Part shown: positions 9,649 to 18,909 of the stretch, piece by piece
Position numbering within the stretch: the stretch's first letter is position 1
Layout of the letters: each line of letters starts with the position of its first letter
Sequence record: PP496441.1
Strand: one strand, 5' to 3'
DNA length: 64,000 nt
Notes under the pieces: generated by a model
What the model was told of the DNA's origin: nothing
The model's input: the letters and a program-made list of their open reading frames with translations, nothing else
The model's database searches: none
Translations under genes and position numbers: made by a program

Positions 9649-9975
9649 TTAGTCGTTGAATTCTTTGGGATCGAAGCCGTGCCGTTCGCACCAATCTCGG
9701 CGCTCCACGCTCAAGTCGCGGCCCTGATCTTTTTGCAATGCGCCCCGGCGGACCCACTCGACCAGGTCCCCCATACGCTCCCAGCGCTGGAAGCCTTGGT
9801 AGAAGTCCTCCAGATCCGCGGTGTTGTCCTTGATCAGTTGCGCGATGTGGACGGAAGGAGATGTCAGCGTCATCAGCTCGGCGTGGTCTTTCGCGAACTG
9901 GGCCAGCTTGTCGCCCACCCACTTGTCAGATTTGATCTGCAATTCGGTTGGGCCAAGTTCTGCTTCGTCGATCAT
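9649..9975 (-). CDS. hypothetical protein
   Basis: 108 aa, AGAGGAG SD. Confidence 0.7.
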   Translation of the reverse strand: MIDEAELGPTELQIKSDKWVGDKLAQFAKDHAELMTLTSPSVHIAQLIKDNTADLEDFYQGFQRWERMGDLVEWVRRGALQKDQGRDLSVERRDWCERHGFDPKEFND

Positions 9976-9987
9976 GGTGTGCTCCTC

Positions 9988-10524
9988 TTAGTATTTCTTG
10001 ATGTTCTGGCGTGCGGATGTGAGTGGTTCGTACGGAGGTGTCTCAAACCACGATACCGGATTTCCGCGTTGCAGCCCCTGCGACCACCCGGCATAGAAGT
10101 CTTCCTTAACCGAGGACTGGCGGCGGTTGGTGATCTCAATGCGTCCGGTTGTCATCAAAGTCTTGATGTCCACGAAACCCGCACGCTCAACCTCGATGTC
10201 AACTTTGCTCCAGTGCTCTTTCGTCTTGGCGAAGTCGGACACGGCTTTCGGCTTGAACAGTTTCTTGTCGGTGAAGTACACAGCGGGGTTGTTGATCTTT
10301 CCCAGTTTCCTGTCGGCTTTGCGGGTTTGGTACACGGCCTCTCTAACTACGCTGCCGATATCTGCTGCACCAATACGTGCACCCAGACATTGCCATACGG
10401 TCGGGGAGAAACACACGCGCAGCGTCTCGGCGCATTCATCGTGATTCCTCCCGGATGGCACCTTGGCTTTCAGGGTGACGTGCTTGCCAATGTCTTTTTC
10501 AGACACGTGATAAAAGCGTGGCAT
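9988..10524 (-). CDS. hypothetical protein
   Basis: 178 aa, AAGGAG SD, operonic. Confidence 0.7.
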   Translation of the reverse strand: MPRFYHVSEKDIGKHVTLKAKVPSGRNHDECAETLRVCFSPTVWQCLGARIGAADIGSVVREAVYQTRKADRKLGKINNPAVYFTDKKLFKPKAVSDFAKTKEHWSKVDIEVERAGFVDIKTLMTTGRIEITNRRQSSVKEDFYAGWSQGLQRGNPVSWFETPPYEPLTSARQNIKKY

Positions 10525-10533
10525 GGGGACTCC

Positions 10534-10758
10534 TTACTCTTGGCGCAGTTTAGCGTTGAGTGTGGCGGTCCCTCTGCTGAGGATTTTCACTCGATCAACG
10601 TGGTCTAGACCTTGTTCCACCCGACTGAGTGACTTGGGGTCTATGTCGATCAGGGTCGCTAACTGGCCGGAGCTTACGCCAGCCTTGATACGCAGCGCAC
10701 GCAGTGCAGCACCATGGGCAATCTGACGCATGCGGGCTGGGGTTTGGATAGATGGCAT
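10534..10758 (-). CDS. XRE-family helix-turn-helix protein
   Basis: LRALRIKAGVSSGQLATLIDIDPKSLSRVEQG is a typical HTH_3 pattern. Confidence 0.8.
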   Translation of the reverse strand: MPSIQTPARMRQIAHGAALRALRIKAGVSSGQLATLIDIDPKSLSRVEQGLDHVDRVKILSRGTATLNAKLRQE

Positions 10759-10807
10759 ATTGCATTCCTCTTGGGATAGTGGTGCGCCGTCCGTGGCGCG
10801 TTGTCGC

Positions 10808-10969
10808 TTAGTTGATGGCCGGGAATTCGATCAGCAAATCCTTCACCTCTTGCACCGACAGCGGCAAGCCGGTGATGGGGTGAACTCTCTCGTCCCGGAT
10901 GATGTCGCGCAGCCGCTGGCGCTGCTCACGGGGCGATTGGGCCTTACTGGGGGTTTTGCGTGCTGGCAT
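10808..10969 (-). CDS. small hypothetical protein (53 aa, not in ORF track)
   Basis: hand translation MPARKTPSKAQSPREQRQRLRDIIRDERVHP...; AGGAA SD; first gene after a sigma70 promoter. Confidence 0.6.
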   Translation of the reverse strand: MPARKTPSKAQSPREQRQRLRDIIRDERVHPITGLPLSVQEVKDLLIEFPAIN

Positions 10970-11016
10970 GGTGGGGATTCCTATTGGACAGTGGGGCGGC
11001 AGCGTGCCGCACGTGC

Positions 11017-11046
11017 ATGATATCAGAGGGGAACCATGGGTGTCAA
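11017..11046 (-). promoter_or_regulatory. sigma70-type early promoter
   Basis: TTGACA-18-TATCAT with extended TG on the minus strand. Confidence 0.75.
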
Positions 11047-11065
11047 CACCCGACCGACGCAGGTG

Positions 11066-11100
11066 AAAAAGCCCACGCAGCGGTTAGGCAGGTGGGCTTT
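11066..11100 (-). terminator. intrinsic terminator
   Basis: AGCCCAC...CTAACC loop...GTGGGCT-TTTTT. Confidence 0.75.
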
Positions 11101-11102
11101 GG

Positions 11103-11393
11103 TCAAACTAATCTCAATACCGGCTTGGGTTTTTCACTTAAATCAACGGACGCGTGCAGTTCCAGATCAAGTGCGAGCCGTATCACGTCTGAGTAGGGTT
11201 CACGAGAATGCGCCCAAACATCTGGCAGTGTCGTACGATAGATGTGGACAATCGTGTGAAGCTCTTCCTTGGCGTGAACACCTGCCCGCATCAACTGAGT
11301 AACCCGTGCACGCACCTTGGGTGTGATCCACGTTATCAGGTCATCATAAGTTCCGGTCCAGATCATTACCTGATGGTTAACGCGCTTCGCCAT
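11103..11393 (-). CDS. hypothetical protein
   Basis: 96 aa, GAGG SD, overlaps upstream gene. Confidence 0.65.
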   Translation of the reverse strand: MAKRVNHQVMIWTGTYDDLITWITPKVRARVTQLMRAGVHAKEELHTIVHIYRTTLPDVWAHSREPYSDVIRLALDLELHASVDLSEKPKPVLRLV

Positions 11394-11718
11394 CAGCCAC
11401 CTCTTTGTTGGTCAGTACCCAGCCGATGCTCAGGACCAGACGTGGCCCATGGCAAAGAACTCGGTGTCGGTTGATGTCGGGACGGAACAGATTGAAGCGC
11501 CCCTTGATCTTGGCTTCGGGACATTGGAATGCGGACGTTGATCCCTTGAGCACGATGTTCAGACGCCAGTGCCGTTTACCTTCCACTGGATCAACGTGCC
11601 ACGCGATGCCTTGCTTGTCCATGTACCGGATCAGATAACAATCACCAGAGCGCCATTGGAACAGCAGCATCTTGCGGTACTGCCCGGCCCGACCTTGAAC
11701 CCACGTGAACCATTTCAT
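11377..11718 (-). CDS. hypothetical protein
   Basis: 113 aa, ATGA overlap with upstream gene. Confidence 0.65.
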   Translation of the reverse strand: MKWFTWVQGRAGQYRKMLLFQWRSGDCYLIRYMDKQGIAWHVDPVEGKRHWRLNIVLKGSTSAFQCPEAKIKGRFNLFRPDINRHRVLCHGPRLVLSIGWVLTNKEVADGEAR

Positions 11719-12047
11719 TTTGAAGACTCCGCCAGTGGCTTCCCTGATACAACAAACCAGAATCCGCTTTCCTCATCCACTTCGAACTCAGTCAGCGTGC
11801 CTTTGCTATTGGTCAGTAGAGAGACTCTACGAATAAGGTTAGTACGATCGAAGAACACCTTAAGATACGGTCCGCTATTGTCCGTTATCAACATAGGCCT
11901 TTCGTAATCGAACGGGATTATAACACCTGGAAGGGAGAAGCCTACATGAAGAGGGTAATGCTCAGGACCTTTATAGTCCTCGGGAGGATTGGTAGTTTCT
12001 TCAGGTACGTAGTAACCGAATCTACCTTTAACTACCTTGATTGACAT
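11715..12047 (-). CDS. hypothetical protein
   Basis: start at MSIKVV after GGAGG. Confidence 0.6.
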   Translation of the reverse strand: MSIKVVKGRFGYYVPEETTNPPEDYKGPEHYPLHVGFSLPGVIIPFDYERPMLITDNSGPYLKVFFDRTNLIRRVSLLTNSKGTLTEFEVDEESGFWFVVSGKPLAESSK

Positions 12048-12366
12048 TACCGCCTCCGGATACTGACTCGATGGCAATTATCTCGGCACCGATGAGCAGG
12101 CTCTTCAGCCATTCCTCACCACGCTCGTCTCTGTCTTCTACCCGAGTGTCTCCCATCATAATGAATGGGCAGTCGTTGTGCACCTCGAGCCGGTCGTAGG
12201 CTATACCCACGGCAGAATCGATGATATCCCAGCCAGTACAATTGCCGCCGATCTTAACTTGCATCTCGGCACGAAGCAATCCTGACGCGAAGGTAAGTAT
12301 AACGGTCTGGAGGCAATTGCCCATAGTGTAGAACTTACCCATCTGTTCGTGATCATAGTTCAACAT
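12028..12366 (-). CDS. hypothetical protein
   Basis: start MLNYD in TAATG overlap with the GNAT gene stop. Confidence 0.6.
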   Translation of the reverse strand: MLNYDHEQMGKFYTMGNCLQTVILTFASGLLRAEMQVKIGGNCTGWDIIDSAVGIAYDRLEVHNDCPFIMMGDTRVEDRDERGEEWLKSLLIGAEIIAIESVSGGGNVNQGS

Positions 12367-13190
12367 TAGTCTGTCCTCTTGATGTTGCCGGGTAGGGTGT
12401 AGGACCACGGCTTGACGTAATCTGCCGGGCGGGTGTAGCCTATCAGGTCTTCACCTTCGTAAGGGCCATACTTCCATGGGTCAGTAATCTCTGCGCGTTC
12501 AAACCCGATGGACTCGTATAACTTGATCGCACCTTCGTTGTCCGGATCCACGTTGAGATGGTGTGGCAGTCCTTGGGTCAGTTCCCAAGACAGCAGGAAG
12601 TCCAGCATGCCGCTGGCGACACCGCGACGGCGGTAGTCTGGATCAACACTGATCTCCTTGACGAAGCACGCATCCACCTTCTCGCTGTCCTCGTCTTCCT
12701 TGAACATCACAACGTCCATCAGTCCGACGACCTTGTTGTGCGCGGTAACTGATACCCGTATCTCTTCCTGATCCGGAATATCCCCGCTCCAGCCATTCCA
12801 TCGAGCCATGGTCACCGTGTACAGATGGTGTTGCCCGTCATGCTTGGGGCCGTGCACCTGATGCAGTGCCCGTGCATTCTTCAACTCCGTCTTGGGGCCG
12901 GGCTTGATGACCGGTAATTCCAGATGTTTGATTTCCTTTTCAAGCATGATACCAATCTCGGAGTCTTTCGCTTTCTTGTCTTTGATGGTGGCTCGGTACA
13001 CTGTGTCTGTGTCCGTGTTGTAAACACCCACCTTATCCGTCATCACCGTAATAGACGGCACAGCGGACCAGATGTACTCTTTGCAATGAGCTTTATCTGG
13101 GAATGCGAAGCCAACGGACTTGCCGTCTACAATGACCAGCCACGGGCAATGGCCGGGATGCGGAAACCGAAGGATCTTTTGTGTGGGCAT
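12366..13190 (-). CDS. GNAT (RimI-like) acetyltransferase with N-terminal extension
   Basis: ISVDPDYRRRGVASGML (AcCoA loop R/QxxGxG/A), LNVDPDNEGAIKLYESIGF. Confidence 0.85.
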   Translation of the reverse strand: MPTQKILRFPHPGHCPWLVIVDGKSVGFAFPDKAHCKEYIWSAVPSITVMTDKVGVYNTDTDTVYRATIKDKKAKDSEIGIMLEKEIKHLELPVIKPGPKTELKNARALHQVHGPKHDGQHHLYTVTMARWNGWSGDIPDQEEIRVSVTAHNKVVGLMDVVMFKEDEDSEKVDACFVKEISVDPDYRRRGVASGMLDFLLSWELTQGLPHHLNVDPDNEGAIKLYESIGFERAEITDPWKYGPYEGEDLIGYTRPADYVKPWSYTLPGNIKRTD

Positions 13191-13195
13191 GACAC

Positions 13196-13528
13196 TTACC
13201 TCGAAGGGGCAGGGGATTTGATTGGTGTCACCAGCTTAAGACCGGGCGAACTGGCATTCAGACGTGGGACCGGGTTGATGGTCATCTTGGTCAACGGTGT
13301 CAATCCCAGCACACGGACTACTTCTTCCGGCAGCTCGGCACGCGTCCACACAACTACGTCTGGAGACACAGTGGACATCACGTAGATGGGCAAGTCATTG
13401 ATCGCCCGTGCTTCCACTCGGTGCACGGTCTTCAGCCGGTCCAGTGCTTCCTTGGTCAGAAAGGTGGTGAGTGACTCGACGCTACCCATCCAGGTCATGA
13501 TGGGGATGTTGCGGCTAGCAGAATTCAT
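13196..13528 (-). CDS. hypothetical protein
   Basis: 110 aa, operonic overlap. Confidence 0.6.
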   Translation of the reverse strand: MNSASRNIPIMTWMGSVESLTTFLTKEALDRLKTVHRVEARAINDLPIYVMSTVSPDVVVWTRAELPEEVVRVLGLTPLTKMTINPVPRLNASSPGLKLVTPIKSPAPSR

Positions 13529-13734
13529 TGTTCAATCCCTTGATCGAGTGGAGTTTCAAGTCTGGCGATAACCGAATTCAACCAGATGATGCGGTTGTTA
13601 TAGCGCTGTTTCAGACGGCCTACCGGTGGATTATTCCCTTGCAGCACCCCGCACATTCTTTGCAGCTCAAGGCGAAGGGAAGCAATAGCCTGCTCGACGT
13701 GATTGCGGTCAGGATTAGAGTTCTCAGTGCTCAT
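13525..13734 (-). CDS. hypothetical protein
   Basis: 69 aa, AAAGGA SD. Confidence 0.6.
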   Translation of the reverse strand: MSTENSNPDRNHVEQAIASLRLELQRMCGVLQGNNPPVGRLKQRYNNRIIWLNSVIARLETPLDQGIEQ

Positions 13735-13748
13735 GTATCTTTCCTTTA

Positions 13749-14090
13749 TTACGGTTGGGTCAATGCAGATTCAAGTTTCTTGTAGCATGCTGCGACGATG
13801 CCTCTGGACATGCGGTCAGCCGCCCAAGAGTTTTGTAGCAGCAAGTGACTGTAGTGGAACAGATCACCTTGGAGCAACAAGTCGGACAGTTCCATCCGGT
13901 TAGCCAGATGAATAGAATAGTCCTCGTCTGCCAGATCTGCCACCTTCGGACCCCACGTGGCAATCACAGCATCGAGATTGGTTGGAACGACGGCCAGTGT
14001 CAGCACCGTCTCTCCCTTCACAACACGCAGCCCCGCCAGCGTCTTGCTCACATACCGTTCAATGGTGATGCTCATATCAGATGTCCGCAA
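13749..14090 (-). CDS. hypothetical protein
   Basis: 113 aa, operonic. Confidence 0.55.
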   Translation of the reverse strand: MRTSDMSITIERYVSKTLAGLRVVKGETVLTLAVVPTNLDAVIATWGPKVADLADEDYSIHLANRMELSDLLLQGDLFHYSHLLLQNSWAADRMSRGIVAACYKKLESALTQP

Positions 14091-14715
14091 TGATCTTCAG
14101 GATGAACGAACGTGCTGCTTCGTTCAGTGTCTCGATACCCTCCAGTGCTTTCTTCTTGGCTGGCTTATACGGTGACAGACGTTGCTCGTCTACGTGTTCT
14201 ATTGCACCGTCATAGTCGAAGTCGATGAACTCTGCTGACAGCAACCAATAGGCACACGCACGAGACGCAGCGAAGTGGAACTCCAAGAGTCCAGCGGGGT
14301 ATTCTCGCATAATACCCTGACCCTCATCATCGTGAAGACAGTACAGGGTGTTGTAATCTTTGGGACCGCCGGTGGTGAACTGGAAGGTGCGTTCCCTGAT
14401 GTCCATCTTCTCGAACTCAGCAAAATCTGCTTCGTTGAACGGCCAGTCAACGGCCTCGATGGATTGAACTACGCCACCTATAGTCCAAGTATAGGTGATT
14501 ATTGGAGAGTCACCCATCTTATTTATGCTGCCCTTGGAAACGGTCAGGACAGATACGTCTGGGTGCTGCATGGTCAGGAACAGGTTGCCGGTTTGCACAT
14601 GAGACGGAACAAGTCCGATCTGCATGGCACGCTGATACTCGTGGCGGCAGTCCAACCTGACGTGCAATTTCGGTTTGGGTTTGCTTACGGTTGACCTGGA
14701 TAACTTTGTGGGCAT
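14077..14715 (-). CDS. hypothetical protein
   Basis: 212 aa, GAGGA SD, follows a promoter. Confidence 0.7.
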   Translation of the reverse strand: MPTKLSRSTVSKPKPKLHVRLDCRHEYQRAMQIGLVPSHVQTGNLFLTMQHPDVSVLTVSKGSINKMGDSPIITYTWTIGGVVQSIEAVDWPFNEADFAEFEKMDIRERTFQFTTGGPKDYNTLYCLHDDEGQGIMREYPAGLLEFHFAASRACAYWLLSAEFIDFDYDGAIEHVDEQRLSPYKPAKKKALEGIETLNEAARSFILKIIADI

Positions 14716-14767
14716 GGTGTCTTCCTCATTGGGTCAGTGGGCGGCGGCTTAGTGGCGCCGTGCTACC

Positions 14768-14796
14768 AGTATGGACTCATTTACCCAGTCTGTCAA
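14768..14796 (-). promoter_or_regulatory. sigma70-type promoter with GTAAATG in its spacer
   Basis: TTGACA-gactgggtaaatgagtc(17)-CATACT on the minus strand. Confidence 0.75.
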
Positions 14797-14803
14797 GCCC
14801 AAC

Positions 14804-14838
14804 AAAAAAGCCCACCGCCGGTTAGGGTCAGTGGGCTC
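14804..14838 (-). terminator. intrinsic terminator after rnhA
   Basis: AGCCCAC...CTAACC...GTGGGCT-TTTTTT. Confidence 0.8.
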
Positions 14839-14841
14839 AGG

Positions 14842-15504
14842 TCAAAACAAACTGTTCTTCGGTACACGTTGCGTCAATGCCTGCAATTCATCAAACGTAA
14901 ATTGGAACCATTCATGATCTCCGGATACCAGACTATCCGTGGGCTTGGCCTTCTTAGCCTGCTTCAAGATCAGCTTTCGCTGTTCCCCAGCCAGCACATC
15001 TGCCCGCTCATTCCCCACGTTGCCTTTGTGACCTCTTACCCATGACACCTTGGCATTGGTTTTCTCTTTCAACGCTTTGGCGCATAACCACAGATCAAAA
15101 TTGGCGACTGCTTCCCCGTTAGCCTTGAGTCCACCTCGACGCATCCAGCCATCCAGATGCTCGGTGAATCCCTTCTGCACGTATTGGCTGTCGGTGATCA
15201 CCTGAACGGGTCGTGGCACTTGCCCGAAGATCTGTCGGTGCAACATGTTGTAGCGGAAGGCGTCAGCCATGGCTGCGATAACACCTGACAGTTCCATGCG
15301 TGAGATCGTGGTGTCGTTGTATCCGGCGGCACGGTGACTGACCTCCAGTACATTGGTCAGGTCATTGAACTGTGCACGCAGTGGAGAGAACACGGGGGCA
15401 TTCAGATCCACCATGCGGACAGCAGCCCAACCGCCGATACGATCTTTCGATCCGCAAGACCCATCGGTGTAGTACGTCAACGGTATGTTCTTCTTGCCAC
15501 GCAT
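14842..15504 (-). CDS. rnhA: ribonuclease HI
   Basis: YTDGSC, TTISRMELSGVI, ITDSQYV, ANFDLW, WVRGHKGNVGNERADVLA. Confidence 0.95.
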   Translation of the reverse strand: MRGKKNIPLTYYTDGSCGSKDRIGGWAAVRMVDLNAPVFSPLRAQFNDLTNVLEVSHRAAGYNDTTISRMELSGVIAAMADAFRYNMLHRQIFGQVPRPVQVITDSQYVQKGFTEHLDGWMRRGGLKANGEAVANFDLWLCAKALKEKTNAKVSWVRGHKGNVGNERADVLAGEQRKLILKQAKKAKPTDSLVSGDHEWFQFTFDELQALTQRVPKNSLF

Positions 15505-15513
15505 GGTAGGACC

Positions 15514-16248
15514 TTACTTGGTGATTATCTTGTAGGTGAACAACGCATCGGACAAGATGCGGTGAACCCCGTCGGCTTTGGTTACGAACAGGTCGGCAAT
15601 AGCTTCCGCGTTGAGTGCGGGGTCGATCTGCCGAACGGCGCCGTCACCCATTACGTAGCCTTGATCCTGATCGCGAGTGCGTTCCTTGTCTTTCAGGATC
15701 GACAGGTGTATTGTGCTGCCGTACCGAAACATGATCTGTGCACGTCCGTGTGTGGTACTCTGGATACGATCAACGCTGTCCACTACCACCTGGCCGTACG
15801 TTTGTGCAGCTTCCATGACGTGGGCGATCATCGGAGACGCATAACCGGGAGTGCACGCATAGCTAGAACATTTCTGCCCCAAGGTATGTTTCAGTGGATT
15901 GAACAACTGGAGGACTGGCACGGTCTTGCTCATCGAGTGTAGACCGTTGTGGACATCAGTCTTGTCCGCCATCACATGCCAGTTGCGCAGGAAAATCTGG
16001 CTACTGGAATGGACAAGATACGGTAGTCGCATCAAGTCCTCCATCTGATCCACGAACAGGTGAATATCTATGAGGAACTTGTTCTCAATCTTAGTCCACC
16101 GACCGGGGTTGGTACGCTCGATCTCGAGGAACCCAGTTAGGGTCAGGGCCTCTAGGATTACACCCTTGGCAAGCAGTGCGTCCCGGTCGGTCAGGTTGAA
16201 CAAAGATTCGGAATGATCCCTGTCGGTGATTAAGGTAATGTAATTCAT
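15514..16248 (-). CDS. hypothetical protein
   Basis: 244 aa, operonic. Confidence 0.7.
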   Translation of the reverse strand: MNYITLITDRDHSESLFNLTDRDALLAKGVILEALTLTGFLEIERTNPGRWTKIENKFLIDIHLFVDQMEDLMRLPYLVHSSSQIFLRNWHVMADKTDVHNGLHSMSKTVPVLQLFNPLKHTLGQKCSSYACTPGYASPMIAHVMEAAQTYGQVVVDSVDRIQSTTHGRAQIMFRYGSTIHLSILKDKERTRDQDQGYVMGDGAVRQIDPALNAEAIADLFVTKADGVHRILSDALFTYKIITK

Positions 16249-16266
16249 GGTAGGGTACCTGGGTGT

Positions 16267-16575
16267 TTACAACTTCTGAGGGCTGACGGTGACGACGCGG
16301 ATGTCGGCCACGCCCGCACTGATCTGCAGCTCGACTTTGATGAACAGGCTCTTGTCTTCGTTGGTGTAGTAGAAGACTCCGTTGGTACGCTTGAGGAAAA
16401 ACTTGCCTTTGTTCTCACTGCGATACACAGTGAAGTCTTCCATGTTGTCTTTCTTGAACCGGGTGTAGATCATTTCACTGGTGATCTTGGCGACGGCTTT
16501 GGTGCCGAGGTCATCCAAGTCCCACTTGATGCCTACACCGGCGGACTGTTGCACGAAACTTGCGAGGGTAGTCAT
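16267..16575 (-). CDS. hypothetical protein
   Basis: start MTTLASF after TTGGAG; ~102 aa. Confidence 0.6.
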   Translation of the reverse strand: MTTLASFVQQSAGVGIKWDLDDLGTKAVAKITSEMIYTRFKKDNMEDFTVYRSENKGKFFLKRTNGVFYYTNEDKSLFIKVELQISAGVADIRVVTVSPQKL

Positions 16576-16607
16576 TTGGTCTCCAAGGGATCTTAGTTGG
16601 GAAGTGG

Positions 16608-16760
16608 TTAGCGAACCAACATCCACAGGCAGGTTGAAAAGCTGAAGGTATCTCGGCATTCAGCCCACGTGAAGTACTCCCAGGTGAAGGCGGCGATGAT
16701 GATCACGGCGATTGCGAGTAACCCGAGATTAGTATTTAGCGCGGTATCTTTCTTACTCAT
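16608..16760 (-). CDS. small membrane protein (50 aa, not in ORF track)
   Basis: hand translation MSKKDTALNTNLGLLAIAVIIIAAFTWEYFTW...; one TM helix; GGAG SD. Confidence 0.55.
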   Translation of the reverse strand: MSKKDTALNTNLGLLAIAVIIIAAFTWEYFTWAECRDTFSFSTCLWMLVR

Positions 16761-16963
16761 GGTTGACTCTCCACGCATTGGCTGAATGTTTCCTTACCTG
16801 TGTATTGAATGGCGGACCTTCCCTTGTTCTTAACAATGCGCTGCATTGCCTTGTCGATGGCTCGGTTGAAGAGTGCATAGGTTATACGCTGCCTCATCTC
16901 GGCCCGCAACTTGGGAGTGGCCCGCACAGGTAGTGTCAACGTGTATCTGTCTGCCAGTTTCAT
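16757..16963 (-). CDS. hypothetical protein
   Basis: 68 aa, ATGA overlaps. Confidence 0.55.
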   Translation of the reverse strand: MKLADRYTLTLPVRATPKLRAEMRQRITYALFNRAIDKAMQRIVKNKGRSAIQYTGKETFSQCVESQP

Positions 16964-17178
16964 GGTCTATCTCCAGTCATGGGCGTGACCCCAAGATAAC
17001 GACCGAGTGCCGGGATGAACAATGGGCAAGCGCTGACACAGACCCAAGCAACGGACATGGGAAGCGATACCTCGTTTAGCATCTGCCAACCACATGCGAA
17101 CAGGATGATCAGACTGAGAACTGCGTAGTACGCGGACCAGATGATCAACCACCAAGCCTTACGGGACACGTTCTTCAT
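16960..17178 (-). CDS. small two-TM membrane protein
   Basis: start MKNVSRKAWW in ATGA overlap with the helicase stop; two hydrophobic segments. Confidence 0.6.
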   Translation of the reverse strand: MKNVSRKAWWLIIWSAYYAVLSLIILFACGWQMLNEVSLPMSVAWVCVSACPLFIPALGRYLGVTPMTGDRP

Positions 17179-18782
17179 TTGTTCCACTCCTTGCGAGCCT
17201 TCAATTGGGCCTCGGTAGGGGCCACCCGGAACCGTGTGTTCTGGGGTGACAAGTTCTTGAGCAGTGTGGTGGTCACGCATTCGTGCGGCGTGATATGCAG
17301 CAGCAGGTCACTGGCTCGGGTGTACGAGACGTATTGCACGTGGGGTAGCTGACCGTCTTCACAGTCGAACCAGTCATCGATCACCGCGACCCGTTCGCTC
17401 TCCATACCCTTCGCACCCCATGAGGTGTTCAGCTCCACACCTTTGCCATGGTCGTTGGCAATGATCTTGGTGATGAACGTCTTCACTTCGGCGGCGCTAC
17501 CCAGGTCCCAGTTGGTGACGATGTACAGCGCAGCGTCTGCGGCATCCTTGATCAGTGGTTCCTTTGCCTCCTTACGCAAATCATCCAACGCTTTAACGAA
17601 GTCAAGAGTGGACTTGCGACCACAACGCATGGCGACACCGATCACTTGTTCCAGCACCTTGGCTTTCTTGAAGGTAACCTCTAGCCCCCGATCCATGTAC
17701 TCCAGTGCGATACGGATCAGATGCTTGTTGCGAGCGCTGACCACACGTTGCACGTCGAACTTTATCATGCTCTTGATGCGGTACGGATCTTTCTTGGTGT
17801 GCGCCGTCAGCATCTTGACTTGCCCACCCTCGGCGAAGGCTTCCAGCGGCACATTGGGGAAGCGACCTTTGACGAATTCAACTATCTTCGACTTGGACCG
17901 GTATGTGGTGGTCGATGGCAGGCGCTTGGCGTTGAACTCCTTGAACATGTCAGCCATGCCCGCACTCAACCCGCCTCGGAACGCATAGATGGCCTGCCAT
18001 GGATCACCGACGAAGACGAACAACATGCCGGGCTTCAATCGACGGAACAGGCGAAGCGTGTCGTGCTGCACAAGGTTGAAGTCTTGGAACTCATCGACGA
18101 ACAACACGTCCGGCAGGATCTTCGCCAGCTTGGCGTACTGCGTGCGGATAAAGCTGTTGGCCAGAACCATGCGGCTCATATCGTTGAAGTCTACCGACGA
18201 CGTGGTCTCGTCACTGGCTTCCAGCGCCTCACAGATTTCAGGGAGCAGTGGCACCACTTTCTCATGCGGGATCAGGAAGCGGTACTTGCCGGTGATCAAC
18301 TCTTTGATCCGCTTGGGGTCGCTGTAGGGAATGCCCAATTCACGGATACGCTCTCCGTGCCAGCGAATGTCCTTGTTCACCCGTGGCCCATCTTGGGGGA
18401 ACAGTGCGTCCACCACCTGGAACCACTTGTCGAACATGATCGGTACGGCCTTGGAACCCGTCAAGGTTTTGAACAACTCCAGACCGTAGCTGTGCATGGT
18501 GGAACTGTAGACTGCCCGATCCTTGATGCGCTGATCGAATACTCTGGCGTTGTCCGTGTTGAACACGATGGCGCGCATGGTCAGCTTCGGGCACTCTTTA
18601 CGAATGCGGCGGATAGTCTCGATGATCAGGGTGGTCTTACCCGATCCGGCACCGGCGTCGATACCCACTGCGTCTTGTGGCTTGCCAGTGTACAAGTCTT
18701 TAGGCATCGACTTGGCTTTCTTCAAGATCTCGTTGAAGATGTCATTCTGTTGCTTGGACCAAACTCTTTCAGTAGTGGACAT
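17175..18782 (-). CDS. UvrD/Rep-like SF1 helicase
   Basis: AGAGSGKTT Walker A, TMHSYG (Ia/Ib), VDEFQD (II), VGDPWQAIYAFRG (III), TTYRS (IV), TSWGAKGMES (V), YVSYTRA (VI). Confidence 0.92.
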   Translation of the reverse strand: MSTTERVWSKQQNDIFNEILKKAKSMPKDLYTGKPQDAVGIDAGAGSGKTTLIIETIRRIRKECPKLTMRAIVFNTDNARVFDQRIKDRAVYSSTMHSYGLELFKTLTGSKAVPIMFDKWFQVVDALFPQDGPRVNKDIRWHGERIRELGIPYSDPKRIKELITGKYRFLIPHEKVVPLLPEICEALEASDETTSSVDFNDMSRMVLANSFIRTQYAKLAKILPDVLFVDEFQDFNLVQHDTLRLFRRLKPGMLFVFVGDPWQAIYAFRGGLSAGMADMFKEFNAKRLPSTTTYRSKSKIVEFVKGRFPNVPLEAFAEGGQVKMLTAHTKKDPYRIKSMIKFDVQRVVSARNKHLIRIALEYMDRGLEVTFKKAKVLEQVIGVAMRCGRKSTLDFVKALDDLRKEAKEPLIKDAADAALYIVTNWDLGSAAEVKTFITKIIANDHGKGVELNTSWGAKGMESERVAVIDDWFDCEDGQLPHVQYVSYTRASDLLLHITPHECVTTTLLKNLSPQNTRFRVAPTEAQLKARKEWNK

Positions 18783-18813
18783 GGGTTTACCTTAACGCTT
18801 CACGGTTTCCATC

Positions 18814-18847
18814 CATTTACACGAGGCCTATGCGCGTGGGGTAAATG
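18814..18847. promoter_or_regulatory. back-to-back GTAAATG elements at the strand switch
   Basis: CATTTAC 18814-18820 (minus-strand GTAAATG) and GTAAATG 18841-18847 facing divergent genes. Confidence 0.55.
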
Positions 18848-18909
18848 AGCGTATAGCAATCGAATGCGTGGAATTAGCCCTTAACGGCGTCCCCACTAGT
18901 GGAGAACAC

